Assembly (NCBI RefSeq): GCF_018977255.1
Contig: NW_024704742.1
Span: 1,860,001 to 1,924,000, forward strand
Direction of reading: 5' to 3'
DNA from: Callorhinchus milii
Lineage: Eukaryota
Length of the DNA: 64,000 nt
Below the pieces are notes generated by a model. That model made no database searches and was not told the origin of the DNA. It saw only the letters and a program-made list of their open reading frames with translations. Of this stretch, positions 63,766-64,000 are shown piece after piece (within the stretch, counting starts at the first letter, position 1; each line of letters starts with the position of its first letter). Position numbers and translations under genes: made by a program.

Positions 63766-64000
63766 AATAATAATATAATAATAATAATCCTTGCATTTGA
63801 TATAGCGCTTTTCACGTCGGGAGGACGTCCCAAAGCGCTTCACAGAACACACTGTAAAGTGAATTGACTGTGTATTTGTGGGCGAACGCGGCAGCCAATT
63901 GCGCACAGCAATGTCCCACAAACAGTCGTAGATTGAAAATGACCAATTTATTATTGTTTTGTTTTGGAGGGATTATTATTAGGCTCTGTGTGGAGTAAGG
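63766..64000 (-). mobile_element. Young short SINE, truncated by the window edge
   Basis: Outside the tail it differs from the 38324 copy by two substitutions and two 1-nt indels, by eye. Confidence 0.95.

Noticed and set aside
1-64000. A novel multi-gene system (defence island, operon or viral insert)
   Set aside because: No long intact ORFs, operon structure or viral hallmark motifs; the window is explained by host intron plus retroelements.

Overview
Vertebrate (not microbial) genomic DNA, repeat-dense and almost entirely intronic. The repeat set (Deu-domain SINEs, L2 and CR1 LINE fragments) points to a cartilaginous fish, most plausibly the chimaera Callorhinchus milii; this is inferred from repeat content and not verified. 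I can support only one host coding exon: a 78-nt, phase 0/0 exon at 46203-46280 (+) encoding SAEMSPASSTHSLPVSPITEMPFPFK, which I recognise from memory as CCSER1/FAM190A. The ORF track misses it, and the ORFs it does list look TE-derived or chance. The rest is retroelement debris: old DeuSINEs, a young short SINE with a swapped tRNA head, L2 3' ends sharing a covarying tail hairpin with the SINEs, CR1 fragments, an R4/Dong-type restriction-like-endonuclease retroelement inside a (TAA)n tract, and very old Ingi/Vingi-like fragments. Unexplained structure includes a ~112-bp dispersed direct repeat, a 20-bp palindromic minisatellite grown from a SINE A-box, and several candidate enhancers. I found no convincing new multi-gene biological system. 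Boundaries of degenerate repeats are approximate, and family names come from motif recognition, not database searches.
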